Positions 13,300 to 24,747 of a stretch of 64,000 nt of DNA are shown piece by piece (positions within the stretch are counted from its first letter, which is position 1; each line of letters begins with the position of its first letter). The translations under genes were made by a program, and so were the position numbers. The stretch is from Eledone cirrhosa (lineage: Eukaryota). The stretch lies in the NCBI GenBank assembly GCA_964016885.1, contig OZ024741.1, forward strand, positions 268,894,001 to 268,958,000. The letters run 5' to 3'. The notes beneath the pieces are model-generated. The model had not been told where the DNA came from and made no database searches. It was given only the letters and a program-made list of their open reading frames with translations.

Positions 13300-14318
13300 A
13301 ACATACATAAATAGGGAAGGAGCACACAGGACATAGACAACAGAAAAAACAATGGAAAAATGAACAGTTCCTTCTCATCAGTTGACTTCTATAGAAATTA
13401 CCATAGTCAGTGCATCAATGTATATTTGTGTATGTGTGTGTTTGTGTATATATATATACACACACACACATATATACATACATATGTATACACACATATA
13501 TACACATACACATACATATATAGCTGTCTGAGTGACTACATAGTTGCTTTGGGGAAAAATTCTGTAGTTTCAAATATTTGCTGTGGAGAAACTGTTATAG
13601 GTGAAAACTTTATTGATTTACATTGTTGATATAATTGTTGCTGAGATGATTAAAATACCAGGCCATGTAGGGTCCATACTTGTCAATTAGTTACTACAGC
13701 AAGGGGTCATACCTAATGACTGGGGCATAGTTAGATGAGCTGTCACATTATGCGGCTAGACAGGTCATGGTGACCACATCTTGCTCATATAATCCATTTT
13801 TATCTTAGTCTTCTATGGTTGGACACCCTTTCTAATGTCAACCATCATACAGGGTAGATTGGGTGCTTTTTGCCTGTCACCAGCAAAACCACCTTATAGG
13901 GTAGATTGGGTGCTTTTGCCTGTCACCAGCACAACCACCTTACAGAAGCAGTCAACTACTTCGAACGAGCTGTCAGAGCAGTTGATAGGGTCTATTTCAT
14001 GTGAGCATTTGCTGCTTACTACTCCTGTGCATCTGCTACATAAATAGCCTACGTTCTTTGTTAGCCTGCCATATATATATCCTGCTTCCTGTCATTATTT
14101 GTTCATGTACTCACTTTGATGCCCTAGTTGACACTCACTTGTACCCTGTCTCTACGTTGTTCTGTTGCCTCATGTATCTTTCCGGCAGCTTGTTCTAAGC
14201 TGTCATGCAACCTAGGCTCAATATTACACAATACCTTATGACGGTGGTTGACAAAGAAGTTAGATGCTTTACTTCATCCCACATATTTCATTTTTTATTG
14301 TCAACTTCTCCCCCACCC

Positions 14319-14354
<36 letters not shown>

Positions 14355-14399
14355 GTATATGGTTGATAGCTGAGTACTCAATACCAAAGTAGAGTTTTA

Positions 14400-14561
14400 A
14401 TATTCATTTTATTAAGGCTAAATAGTGAGTCTTGTTACTCTGGAGTTTTGCCTGTTTATCACAGGGTTATCAGACAAGTTCCTCCCTGGTGACCATGTGA
14501 TAAACAGGTGAAACTAAAACTACAGAGTAACAAAACTATTTAACCTTAATAAAATGAATAT
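14400..14561. repeat. Inverted repeat in which each arm is a decayed minimal hammerhead plus downstream flank
   Basis: Left arm (-) 14431-14478: CTTGT-CTGATAA-cCCTG..CAGG-cAAAA-CTCCAGAG-TA-ACAAG. Right arm (+) 14486-14533: CTGGTGA-cCATG..CAGG-tGAAAC..AGAG-TA-ACAA. Confidence 0.75.
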
Positions 14562-14688
14562 ATATATATATATGTTTTCAATGTGAGGAGCTGGAAAACC
14601 ACAAATCAGGGTAGTATTTAAAGCATGATGAGATGCAGAAAGGTGTTCTCTCAGGACTATATCTTTTGGCTATATATATATATATATA

Positions 14689-14709
14689 GCAGGGAAAAGT
14701 GGACGTAAA

Positions 14710-14746
<37 letters not shown>
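14689..14746 (+). mobile_element. Ultra-short RTE family A 3' tail in (TA)n
   Basis: 'gcagggaaaagtggacgtaaaa(tga)n' with TA repeats on both sides. Confidence 0.85.
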
Positions 14747-14747
<1 letters not shown>

Positions 14748-15132
14748 ATATATATATAAAATCAATGTTGTCAGTGTGTGTGTGTCCAGGCTGTACTTAG
14801 AAATTAGAGAATAAACTCCCACAAATATATATATTATTGTTACTTATCCTACCAGACAAGTAATGGTAGCATTTAATTTGATGTATTCACAGTAATTTAT
14901 ATTGAATTCAATTCTATATATTTTCCTGTATTCATTTAAAAACAATCTGGCCATTTTCTTTTAGAATTGTCTCTCTCTCTAAATTCTGTAGAAAAGGACT
15001 GAGAGGATGAGGTAGTGGAAAAGAGAGGATGCGAGAAAAAGAGAAAGGTAATATGTGCCAAAATATATTGTTACTTTCATAATATACCCAAGAATTCCTA
15101 CATACATATGCTAATATATATATGTATGTATG

Positions 15133-15169
<37 letters not shown>

Positions 15170-15307
15170 GGAATATTTTTTTTGTTTAGACACGTTTAGA
15201 CATATGTTATTAAAACGATGACTATGTTCTAATTTTAACATTTTAAACAAAAGTTTTATCTTTTGTATTTCCTTATTTGTCCTTTGCAGCTCATTTAGAA
15301 CAAAAAG

Positions 15308-15473
15308 TTCCCAACTCCACAATTTCATCATCGTGGTGTGGTGTGTAGAAAATTTTCCAGCTCCATGAGGAACATTTCTACACTTTCTCAGTTTCATTAT
15401 CGTGGTGTGGTGTGAAGAAAATTTCCCAACTCCATGAGGAAAACTTCTACACTTTCACAGTTTCATTATCGTG
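15308..15473. repeat. ~69-bp tandem duplication (about 2.3 units)
   Basis: 'tttcat.atcgtggtgtggtgtg.agaaaattt.cca.ctccatgaggaa..ttctacacttt' occurs twice. Confidence 0.85.
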
Positions 15474-16045
15474 ATATTGAATGTTGTTAGCTTTTTTATT
15501 ACCTCTTTTATTGTAAGCAAATGTAATTTATGAAAATCTTCATCACTAGTATTTCTGTTAGCTTTATCACATGGATTTGAAATTTGAGGTTTGATCATTG
15601 GATTTCTTTGTTATTATGACATGTATGATGTTTGTGTATATATTTTAGCATTGTATTGCGATATGAGTACCACTTCCATAATTGGTAGTTTATTTTTATG
15701 GGGAATTCTGTATAAAATGTGTTATGCTATGTATTACTGTACTTGAAGGGCCCTCATTCTCAAATAACACTTCTACTGGACTTAGGACCACACCTCTGCC
15801 AACAACTTCCCAGACTACAATGAACTATTGTCTTTTCACTGTAATGACCGTTTCTATATTCATACCCTTTCACAAACCCCAACACAATCTATGTTGTGTA
15901 GACACACACACAAAGACATGGAGACAAACACATAGACACTTCCAAACACATTTAAAAACACTTAAGCACGCATACACACAAACAGCAATAAACACACATA
16001 CACCTAGACATCCCCCATCCAGAGGCATTATATAATATATATATA

Positions 16046-16161
16046 TGAGTTCAAATCCCGCCGAGGTTAACTTTGCCTTTCATCCTTACGGGGTCGATAA
16101 AATAAAGTACCAGTAATGTACTGGGTAATTGCTGGCCTTGTGCCTAAAGTAGAGACAATTA
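16046..16161 (+). mobile_element. 5'-truncated SINE S1
   Basis: Runs from gagttcaaatcccgccgagg to gtagagacaatt, with a 'ttatataatatatatatat' duplication on both flanks. Confidence 0.9.
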
Positions 16162-16367
16162 TATAATATATATATATAAATGACAAACACTAATAAAAAA
16201 AAAAACAACAAAAAAAAAAACAATTAGTGTTATATACACACACATATACATACATATACATATACATACATATACACCCCACACGTGTGTGTGTGAAAAG
16301 TAAACGAAAAACATGATGATGATACTGTACAGGAAAGATATATAGTAGTTTAATATACTGGGAAAAA

Positions 16368-16407
16368 CATCTTAGCATTTCAGACCATAGTCCTTCATCA
16401 GAAGATG
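16368..16407 (-). ncRNA. Minimal hammerhead-like motif
   Basis: Minus strand: CATCTT-CTGATGA-A-GGAC-tatg-GTCT-GAAA-TGCT-AAGATG. A more decayed relative is at about 43388-43422 (+). Confidence 0.6.
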
Positions 16408-16869
16408 GAATGTGAGGTGGAAGAAGAAATAGAAAGATAGACTAAAGTAAGAAGAGGAAGAAACAAGTGAAAAACATTCACACAAGGCTAGTATATTTGT
16501 GTTTTGCCAGCCATTTTGTGGAAGATTGGTTCAGAATATATCTTAGATATAAGAAAGTTTTTAAAAGGGAGATAATCCATGTATATTTTGAATTAATATG
16601 TCCATGTATACTTTCATGTTTCACAACCCACTCCCACTCTTATTCCAGCCCCACATGCTTATTAAATTTTGCTAATCTATCTCTGGTCAAATTTTATTTT
16701 AAGTGGTAGCATTCCTGTCATAATTTTCTTTAGACATGAACAAAACAAAACAAACATGACAAAAAAAGAACATTACATGAAATCCCATACGTCATACGTT
16801 ATAAAATAAATAGGATGGGTTGGACCTAACAAAAACAGATTATTATTGAGGCATTTCACTCTCCCAGGT

Positions 16870-17335
16870 TGCATCCAATGATGTAGTCAATGCAATCCGA
16901 GTCATATACAAGAATACCTTTGCAGTTGTAATCAACCCAGATAGTGAGACTCTTACATTCAACATCAACACAGGCGACCTTCTCACCCCTTTCTTGTTCA
17001 TCATCTGACATGATTATGTGTTATGTGCTCCGATCACTGAAGCTGCACAGGATCTCCTCATCAGAGATGAGAAGGCATGCCAAGGTGTTGGTCTATTTCT
17101 GAATACACCAAAGACAAAGTGCATGCACTTAAATCTATCTACCAATGAGCACCTACACTCATCAAATGGCTCAGATATCGAACTCGTGCATGATTTCATG
17201 TATCTAGGTAGTTACTCTATATCAAGACTGCTCAGTTGTGGAGTGCACCTCACTCTTTACAGAGAGTTTGGAAGGTAGCCATCCACAAACACAGGGGTGT
17301 TCTGGGCGATATAGAAACAATCCTTCTGTACAGTT
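16870..17335 (+). mobile_element. Decayed RTE/RTEX-like RT fragment
   Basis: IRVIYKNT..FNINTG..PFLFII, plus ORF 17018 AQDLL..VGLFLNTPKTKCM..VHDFMYLGS. Confidence 0.75.
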
Positions 17336-17827
17336 TGGAGTCTGGATGTTGAATATGTATATATATGACGTCGATGAATTTGTTTAGCAAGGTTTTTGAT
17401 ATAAAATCGTGTGTTGAAACAGATATTGTTATACTTGGGGAGGATCATATTGTTGTAATAATATTGCCAGAAATAATAACAGAACACACTCACTGTTTGG
17501 TTGGTTTTCGCTTCTGTATCTTTTACATCTCTGCAGTTAATTCATTCGGTCCTCAAAGTTTACCATTGACTGACCAACGGTAAAAAATACAGATATAATA
17601 TAGATATAAACACATATATATAGTCTAACAAAGTTCTTTCGTTGCACATCTGCAACATCATCAGTGGTACTATTATGTTCCTCCTGTTGTATTGTATATC
17701 TACATCACCTTTATGTATATATAAATATATGTATTTGCAAACAAATCGAATGTTATTACTAATATTCGAAAAACTCAGATTACATATATAGATAAATATG
17801 TGTATATATATATCTAAATATGTATAT

Positions 17828-18220
17828 AGCTTAGAGTTTAGAGCATTGGGCTTGCAATCGAAAGGTTGAGTTCAATTTTCCGACCAGGTGATGTGTTGTT
17901 TCTTTGAGCAAGGCACTTTAGTAGAAATGAGATGATAGGACTGGGGTCCCTATCATTCCACTGCAAAGTGGTTGTGGAGGTGGCACATCAAAAATTCACT
18001 GTAAAGTGGACATGTAGGCGGCACGGAATAAAAAAAAAAAATTACCCAGCACTCACTGTAAATGAGGTTGGTATTAGGAAGGGCATCCCTGTAAATGAGG
18101 TTGGTATTAGGAAGGGCATCCAGCTGTAGAAATCAAGGCAGAATCAGTTCCCGTATGAGCAAGATAAGGTCAGCCGACCGGACATTGCCCACAACAGGAC
18201 AACCCGTTTAACCCATGCTA
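17828..18220 (+). mobile_element. tRNA-CORE-like SINE (S2) with Ceph-like domain and family-B tail
   Basis: Homologous to 31752-32097, with an internal 31-bp duplication (about 18057-18121). Ends 'acaacccgtttaacccatgcta'. Confidence 0.8.
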
Positions 18221-18395
18221 TATATGTTTGTATGTATATGTATATGTATGTTTATATATATATATTGGAAAATCTGTGCGATCCTTAGTACAGTTAGGTA
18301 TATTTGAAAAAATGAAAAAGAATGACTTCACTTGTAGTGTTAACAAATTTTGATTTAATTTTATAATATAATTTTATATTATTATATTATATCAT

Positions 18396-18503
18396 AATCC
18401 CGCCGAGGTTAACTTTGCCTTTCATCCTTACGGGGTCAATAAAATAAAGTACCAGTAATGTACTAGGTAATTGCTGGCCTTGTGCCAAAAGTAGAAACAA
18501 TTA
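18396..18503 (+). mobile_element. 5'-truncated SINE S1 with ~18-bp target-site duplication
   Basis: Flanked on both sides by attatattatatcataat. Confidence 0.9.
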
Positions 18504-18513
18504 TATTATATCA

Positions 18514-18697
18514 TAATTGCTTCTACTTTTGGCACAAGGCCAGCAATTATCCCAGTGTATTATATTATGGTACTTTATTTTATTGACCCCGTAAGGATGA
18601 AAGGCAAAATTAACCTCGGCGGGATTTGAACTCAGTCCGTAAAGGGACGTAACTGTGCTGCAAAGCATGGCGTCCGACCTTCTACCGATACTGCCAA
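18514..18697 (-). mobile_element. Full-length SINE S1
   Basis: Reverse complement of 47318-47495, flanked by atcataat on both sides. Confidence 0.9.
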
Positions 18698-18869
18698 ATC
18701 ATAATATTATAAAATTAAATAAAAAAAATCTTTTAACACTACAAGGCAAGTCAATCTTTTTCTTTTTTTAAAATATATATATATATCATCATGATATATA
18801 TATATATTTGAAAAAAAAAAAAGAAAAAGAATGGCTTCACTTTTAGTGTTAAAAAAATTTTTTGATTTA

Positions 18870-18870
18870 A

Positions 18871-18901
<31 letters not shown>

Positions 18902-18905
18902 GTAT

Positions 18906-18937
<32 letters not shown>

Positions 18938-18963
18938 GCATTTATATATATATGTATATGTAC

Positions 18964-19007
<44 letters not shown>

Positions 19008-19186
19008 GTGTGTGTTTATGTGTATATATATATATGTATATGTACATATGTGTGTGTGTGTGTATATATGTTTATATCTGTGTGTGTATATATGTATATG
19101 TTTATATGTATATATATATATATGTATTATATATATGTATATATATTTACATGTATATATACATATGTATGTATATATATGTATAT

Positions 19187-19236
<50 letters not shown>
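18870..19236. repeat. Compound TA/TG microsatellite
   Basis: Directly visible. Confidence 0.95.
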
Positions 19237-19744
19237 CTAATCTCGTTGAGTTTACACTTACAAATAAGAAGAACCAGGGCTGCCCCTAGGAGCACTGGAT
19301 TTGGTGTATCTCATATTTGTTTTGGTTGGTGAATACAATCAGGTGTCGCCGCTTCTCTTGATGGTCAATAGTTCTCTTCTAACTCGAGCGGGAGCGCCAT
19401 TCCATTGTCAATTTGCATTGATCATCTGCAAAGCCGCATTGTTCTCAGAACCATTACACCAGTCTTTCATTGTGTGCAGCTACTACTGCTACCCATTGAT
19501 TTGGCAGGTTTTTTTTTTTAGATGGCCATTGACGGTTGTGAGTTCTTCCACTCTTTGTCAGGTTTTCTTTTTTGTCCTGCTGGGTGTCCAAAATCACCGT
19601 CCTCACCAAGTAAACTTGGTGCGGTTGCCGGTTTAGTCGTCGACGACCCGACCATGCAACAGGTTGTTCTGGGTTACATGCTATCAGTAGCATTCACGAG
19701 TGACCTGACATCTATGGGCTGTTTCACCTATATATATATATATG

Positions 19745-19819
<75 letters not shown>

Positions 19820-19994
19820 ATCTTTGTGTGAGTGTGTATATGTCTATATATGTATGTATTTTATTGACATAATCCCTCAATACAAAATGAAGTTGTAGGA
19901 ATAAATTGTGTCTATAAAATATATATTCTTCTGTGTTGTATTTAATAATGAATTGAAATGATTTTAAAGTATTTTAAAGGATGAGGATTTAAAC

Positions 19995-20790
19995 AAAATG
20001 AAGATGGAGAACACAGGCTGGAATTGTAGTCTCGACATTAATGAAACCAAGACAAATGGAAAAAGAAAACTGATAGAAAATTATTGTAACTGTTTTAAAC
20101 GTAAAACGAAGCCCACAAACAAACTGCCAAACTAGGAACGTAGTATATAGCATAAGATGTACTGAGGAACGGTGTAGGAATAAGCATGTAACATACATAG
20201 GTGAAACACCCCGTAGCATAGGAGAAAGGATAAGTGAACGCTGGCGAGAACTCCAGAATGCGAAAAACTCATCAGTACTCCACCAACATGCCAAAATATA
20301 ACATAGGGGCATATTAGAGAACATACAGATAAAAATGATATCCACACAGAGAAAAGATGCAATGCTCAGACAAATCACATAGGCACCACATATAAATGAA
20401 CTCCAACAAAAATTAAACAGAAAACATGATTGGAATAGCAACATCACAACTAGTAACTAAGGACAAAATGAAGACATACAGACACATACAAAAACCAAAC
20501 TAACAAAACAAATCAGACACACACAGATAGAACAATCAACCAACTAGTGACAAGTAAATAAACACATCAATAAATAAATGAAAAAACACACACATACACC
20601 TGGATGTAACGCATGCGCAAACTAAGCACACAAAAACAAAATGGTGTACGACAGAATAAAGGAAGGACACAAAATAAAAACCTAGTCACTGAGGAGGTCA
20701 GAGAATGTATGATGAAACAGCTTTTGCAATACATAAACAATCTTCCGGTTATCGAACCAATCAGAAACCTATAATAAATTAATAAATTGA
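19995..20790 (+). mobile_element. Penelope-like element 3' part: GIY-YIG endonuclease pseudogene plus 3' region
   Basis: Manual translation from 20101 gives NCQTRNVVYSIRCTEERC..TYIGETPRSIGERISE..SSVLHQHAKI*H..DAMLRQIT*A..LNRKHDW, with in-frame stops. A hammerhead-like CTGAGGA(20689)..GAAA(20714) follows. Confidence 0.85.
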
Positions 20791-21022
20791 AGTAAAAACC
20801 AACAGGTTCGTGTGTTTTTATTGGCAGCATGACCCTCCCAAAGTATAACAACACGTTTCAACACAAGTTTTCAGATAAGAAATCTCGTGAAACAAATTCA
20901 AAAACGAATTTTATATATATATAATATATGTATGTGTGTGAAAATTCGGGAACCCCAACGGCTGAGTTCCTGCTGTTTCAACAGCTAGATCGAACCGGTT
21001 TGGACCTAGCTGTTAGAATCGA

Positions 21023-21121
21023 GACGTATCTGGCGACCGTGTTGATTTCAGAGTCGTCAGGTATGATCACCATATCGATCGTGCCTCGAGCTGGTCGCCC
21101 AGGAAACATTTGTAATATGTC
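21023..21121 (+). ncRNA. Hammerhead-like family H-A copy 2 (core mutated)
   Basis: GACGTAT-CTGGCGA-..-GAAA-CATTTG-TA-ATATGTC, then AATAAA and (TA)n. A6 is changed to G. Confidence 0.6.
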
Positions 21122-21220
21122 CAATAAATTCCTTTCGTCGCAACACTGATTCTATTTTTTCTGTGATATATATATATATATATCTATATATATATATACT
21201 AATATGTATATATATATATA

Positions 21221-21745
21221 CAAGCTGGTATGGACATGTGATGCGTATGAAGGATGACAGCTGCATAAAAAGGTGCAGAGCACTAGAAGTTGATGGAAAC
21301 CGCGGAGTGGGGAGACCCAAGATGACTTGGGATGAGGTGATAAAAGCCGACCTTACCCAACTACACCTCTCAAAGTCAATGACACACGACCGTGACTTCT
21401 GGCGTCACGCAGTAATACAGGGTACCCGACCTCCCATGGGTACATGCTGAAGCATATAAACAATATGCCCCCCCCCCCCCCCACCGCAAGGTGGTCGTGG
21501 AGGTGCCACGGCAAAAAAGCACCCAGCCCACACTGTAAAGTGGACGTGTAGGCGCCACGAAAAAGCACCCAGCACTCACTGTAAATGAGGTTGGTGTTAG
21601 GAAGGGCATCCAGCTGTAGAAATCAAGCCAGATCAGTTCCTGTATGAGCAAGGCATGGTCAGCCGACCAGACACTGCCCACAACAGGACAACCCGTCTAA
21701 CCCATGCTAGCGTGGAAGAACGGACGTAAAACGGTGATGATGATG
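21221..21745 (+). mobile_element. RTE family B 3' end with long SINE-like 3' UTR
   Basis: WYGHVMRMKDD..GNRGVGRPKMTWDEVI..DRDFWR, then ~45-bp units, 'gttaggaagggcatccagctgtagaaa' and a (GAT)n tail. The same organisation is at 61460-61803. Confidence 0.9.
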
Positions 21746-21761
21746 TATGTATATATATATA

Positions 21762-23013
21762 TCATCATCATCATTTTACGTCCGCTTTTCCCTGCTGGCA
21801 AGGGTGGGACGGGTCTTATTCAGCACAGCATCTCTCCACTCGTCACGGTCCCTCGTCATCTCCACCGTGAGCTTCAATAATCTGAGGTCTGTTCTCACCA
21901 CCTCCGCCCATGCTTTTCGTGGTCTACCTCTACTACGTCTTCCCTCAACTGGCATTTCCTGGCACTTCTTCACCCATCGGTCATCATCCATGCGCATCAC
22001 ATGTCCATACCACCTCAGTCTCCTCTCCCGTACACTACATTCTATCCTTCTCAGACACAGTTTCTCTCTCAACACATTTATGCTGGGTCGTTCACGCACA
22101 TTTACACTGCACATCCAACGGAGCATGCTTGCCTCATTTCTCTCCAGCCGTCGCATATCCTCTGCAGTTGCTGCCCATGTCTCACTACCATGCAGCATCG
22201 CGCTCCTCACACAGGCATCATACAACCGGCCTTTCGTACGCAGGGAGAAACCCTTCTTCATCAACAGAGGAAGCAGCTCCCTAAACTTCTTCCAACCCGT
22301 CCTTATTCTAGATACTATGGCCTCGGAACACCCTCCTCCCATGCTAATCTGATCTCCTAGGTACCGGAAGCTATCCACCACTTCTATAGCGCCCTCCTGC
22401 ATTTGAAAAATGTGTCTATCAATGCGACTTCTACTGTCTAATTTCCCTGTACATCTACTGCATACATATTTCTCCCTACCTGTTAGTTTGCCTGCTATCC
22501 CGCTACATCTGTTGTGTACCCAGGATCTGCATTGTGTGCATTTTATAGAATTTATGCCAGTTCCTTTTCTGCATATCGAACATGGCCATTTCCCTGACGG
22601 AATCAGAGTTTTGTCCTGTTTTCTACTCATCAACACCTTTGTCTTAGCTAGGTTCACTCTCAGTCCTCTTGCTTCCAACTGCTGTTTCCATAGCCAGAAT
22701 ATATTCTCTAGCTCCTCTACTGATTCTGCTATAAGAACCAGATCGTCAGCATAGAGAAGTTCCCATGGACAGCCAGTCTTAAACTCCTCTGTTATGGCTT
22801 GGAGGACTATAATGAACAAGAGCGGGCTGAGGACCAAACCCTGATGTACTCCTACTTGTATCTGGAATTCCTCACTAAACTCCATTTTTCAACACCTAGC
22901 TTCCTTAGGGACCACCAGATGACAGATCGGTGTACCCTATCAAAGGCCTTCTCTAGGTCAACAAAGGCTAAGTATAGTGGCTTATTTTTATCTAAGAACC
23001 ACTCTTGCAATTG

Positions 23014-23018
<5 letters not shown>
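21762..23018 (-). mobile_element. Young 5'-truncated RTE LINE (family A), RT C-half and C-terminal domain
   Basis: 369-aa ORF 21776-22885 with GVHQG.VLSPLLF, ELLYADD, FRYLG and RLRWYGHV. (GAT)n tail, (TA)n at both ends, internal deletion near 22886. Confidence 0.96.
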
Positions 23019-23071
<53 letters not shown>

Positions 23072-23193
23072 GGTGTTGGATGCTTAAAGCGTCCATACGC
23101 AGTAGGGCGTTTGAGCACTCGATGCTCTCATAGAGCAGAGTATGATATCACAGAAAAAAAGAGAATCAATGTTGTGACGAATGGAATTTATTA

Positions 23194-23289
23194 GACATAT
23201 TACAATCGTTTCTCTGGCGACCAGCTCGAGGCACGATCGATGTGATGATCGAACCTGACTGTGAAAATCGCAAGGTCCTCAGATACGTC
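23194..23289 (-). ncRNA. Hammerhead-like family H-A copy 3 (core intact)
   Basis: Minus strand: GACGTAT-CTGAGGA-cCTTGCGAT..GTCGCCAGa-GAAA-CGATTG-TA-ATATGTC-tAATAAA. 7-bp stem I, GUA triplet. Confidence 0.72.
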
Positions 23290-23404
23290 TTGATTCTACG
23301 AAGTAGATTTTCCTATTATATATATACATATATAACTATTGACTGCCAATACTGGAATTGTATAATCAAGACCATAGCGGTATGTCATACATCAAATCAT
23401 ATAT

Positions 23405-23468
23405 TTTATCTGATGAAGATATACCAAAAAAAAAAAAAACACAGTACCTTTGAAATATATATAATAAA
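23405..23468 (+). ncRNA. Degenerate hammerhead-like core related to the 9563 motif
   Basis: tttatCTGATGAa(23410)..ttGAAAtatat(23452) followed by AATAAA. Confidence 0.4.
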
Positions 23469-23795
23469 GCATATATTTTGATTATGTGTATATCTTTCAT
23501 TTGTTAATAATTTGAATAATATACATACATACATACGTACATACATACATACGTACGTACATACATACATAGTCAAAAAGAATGAAATAATAAAATTCTT
23601 CGCTCATTTATTATTTCTTTACAATTGTTTTAACATTACAAGAGATTATTACACAGTTAGGCTAAATTGAAGATGCAATATATGTATAAAGGGAAGCAAA
23701 TAGAGTTTTATTATTACCTTTGCTATATGTGTGCCTGTTTATATACACACACACTATATATAAATATATATGTTTAGCCTTATATCACTTTCCAC

Positions 23796-23863
<68 letters not shown>

Positions 23864-24703
23864 CACGTGTGTGTGTGTATATATGTATGTATGTGTGTGT
23901 GTATATATATATATACACATACACACACACACACACAAATATTGAAAAGGAATGAAGCATGTGTGTATGTATATATATATATATATGCGTGCGCACGCAC
24001 ACACAAACATACACACACACACACATGTAATATTGAAAAAGAATGGCGCATGTGTGTGTGTGTGTATATATATGTATATTTTGTTCTTTTGCACATTGAA
24101 GTATGTTGCATTATGCAGACACACACACACAGACTTAATTTATTGTCATCATTAACAATATTGCTCATTATAAATGTGTATGAATATATCTTATGTTAGT
24201 TAGATAAGACTTCCACTGCAAATATAAACAATTATATTACTATATCCGTGCCTTTGTGTACATGCATCTGTATACATGCAAATGTGCGCAATTGCATTTT
24301 AGTTAATTTTTATCTGCAAATGAAAATAATACAAGGGGTTCTGTAAAGTTTACCCACTGTTAAGTTTCATTTTCAGAATGTTCGCTTATTAAGATGGCAC
24401 TTTAGATTTAGTGAGAAATCTTTACCCAGAATGCTCTGTCCACTGCGCTTTTGAAGAATTCATCATGAATCACATAGAAAATTCAATTTGAATATACATA
24501 ATTCTGCTAATCCTTACATTTCTAGATATTTGGTATTTTTGTCTTGCTTTTCTGGAATTTCTGAAAATGAAATTATTGTCTATATCAGCTCCTCATTTTA
24601 AAAGTTTATTATTTAAGCAGTTCCTGTTTATTGAATTCCCATAATTCAATGTCAATCGCACATATAATTTAATTTCCTTGAAAGCAAACAATCATCGTTA
24701 TCA

Positions 24704-24747
<44 letters not shown>

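Noticed and set aside
18751-19332. [12 protein letters not shown] and ERER ORFs here and throughout the window
   Set aside because: They are dinucleotide microsatellite translations.
20065-20095. TGA near the PLE Cys motif as selenocysteine (as in Naiad PLEs)
   Set aside because: The copy has adjacent TAG/TAA stops and frameshifts, and I recognised no SECIS. Ordinary decay explains it.
21747-22352. 201-aa plus-strand ORF and similar ORFs at 10127 and 60723
   Set aside because: They are antisense shadows of RTE coding sequence.
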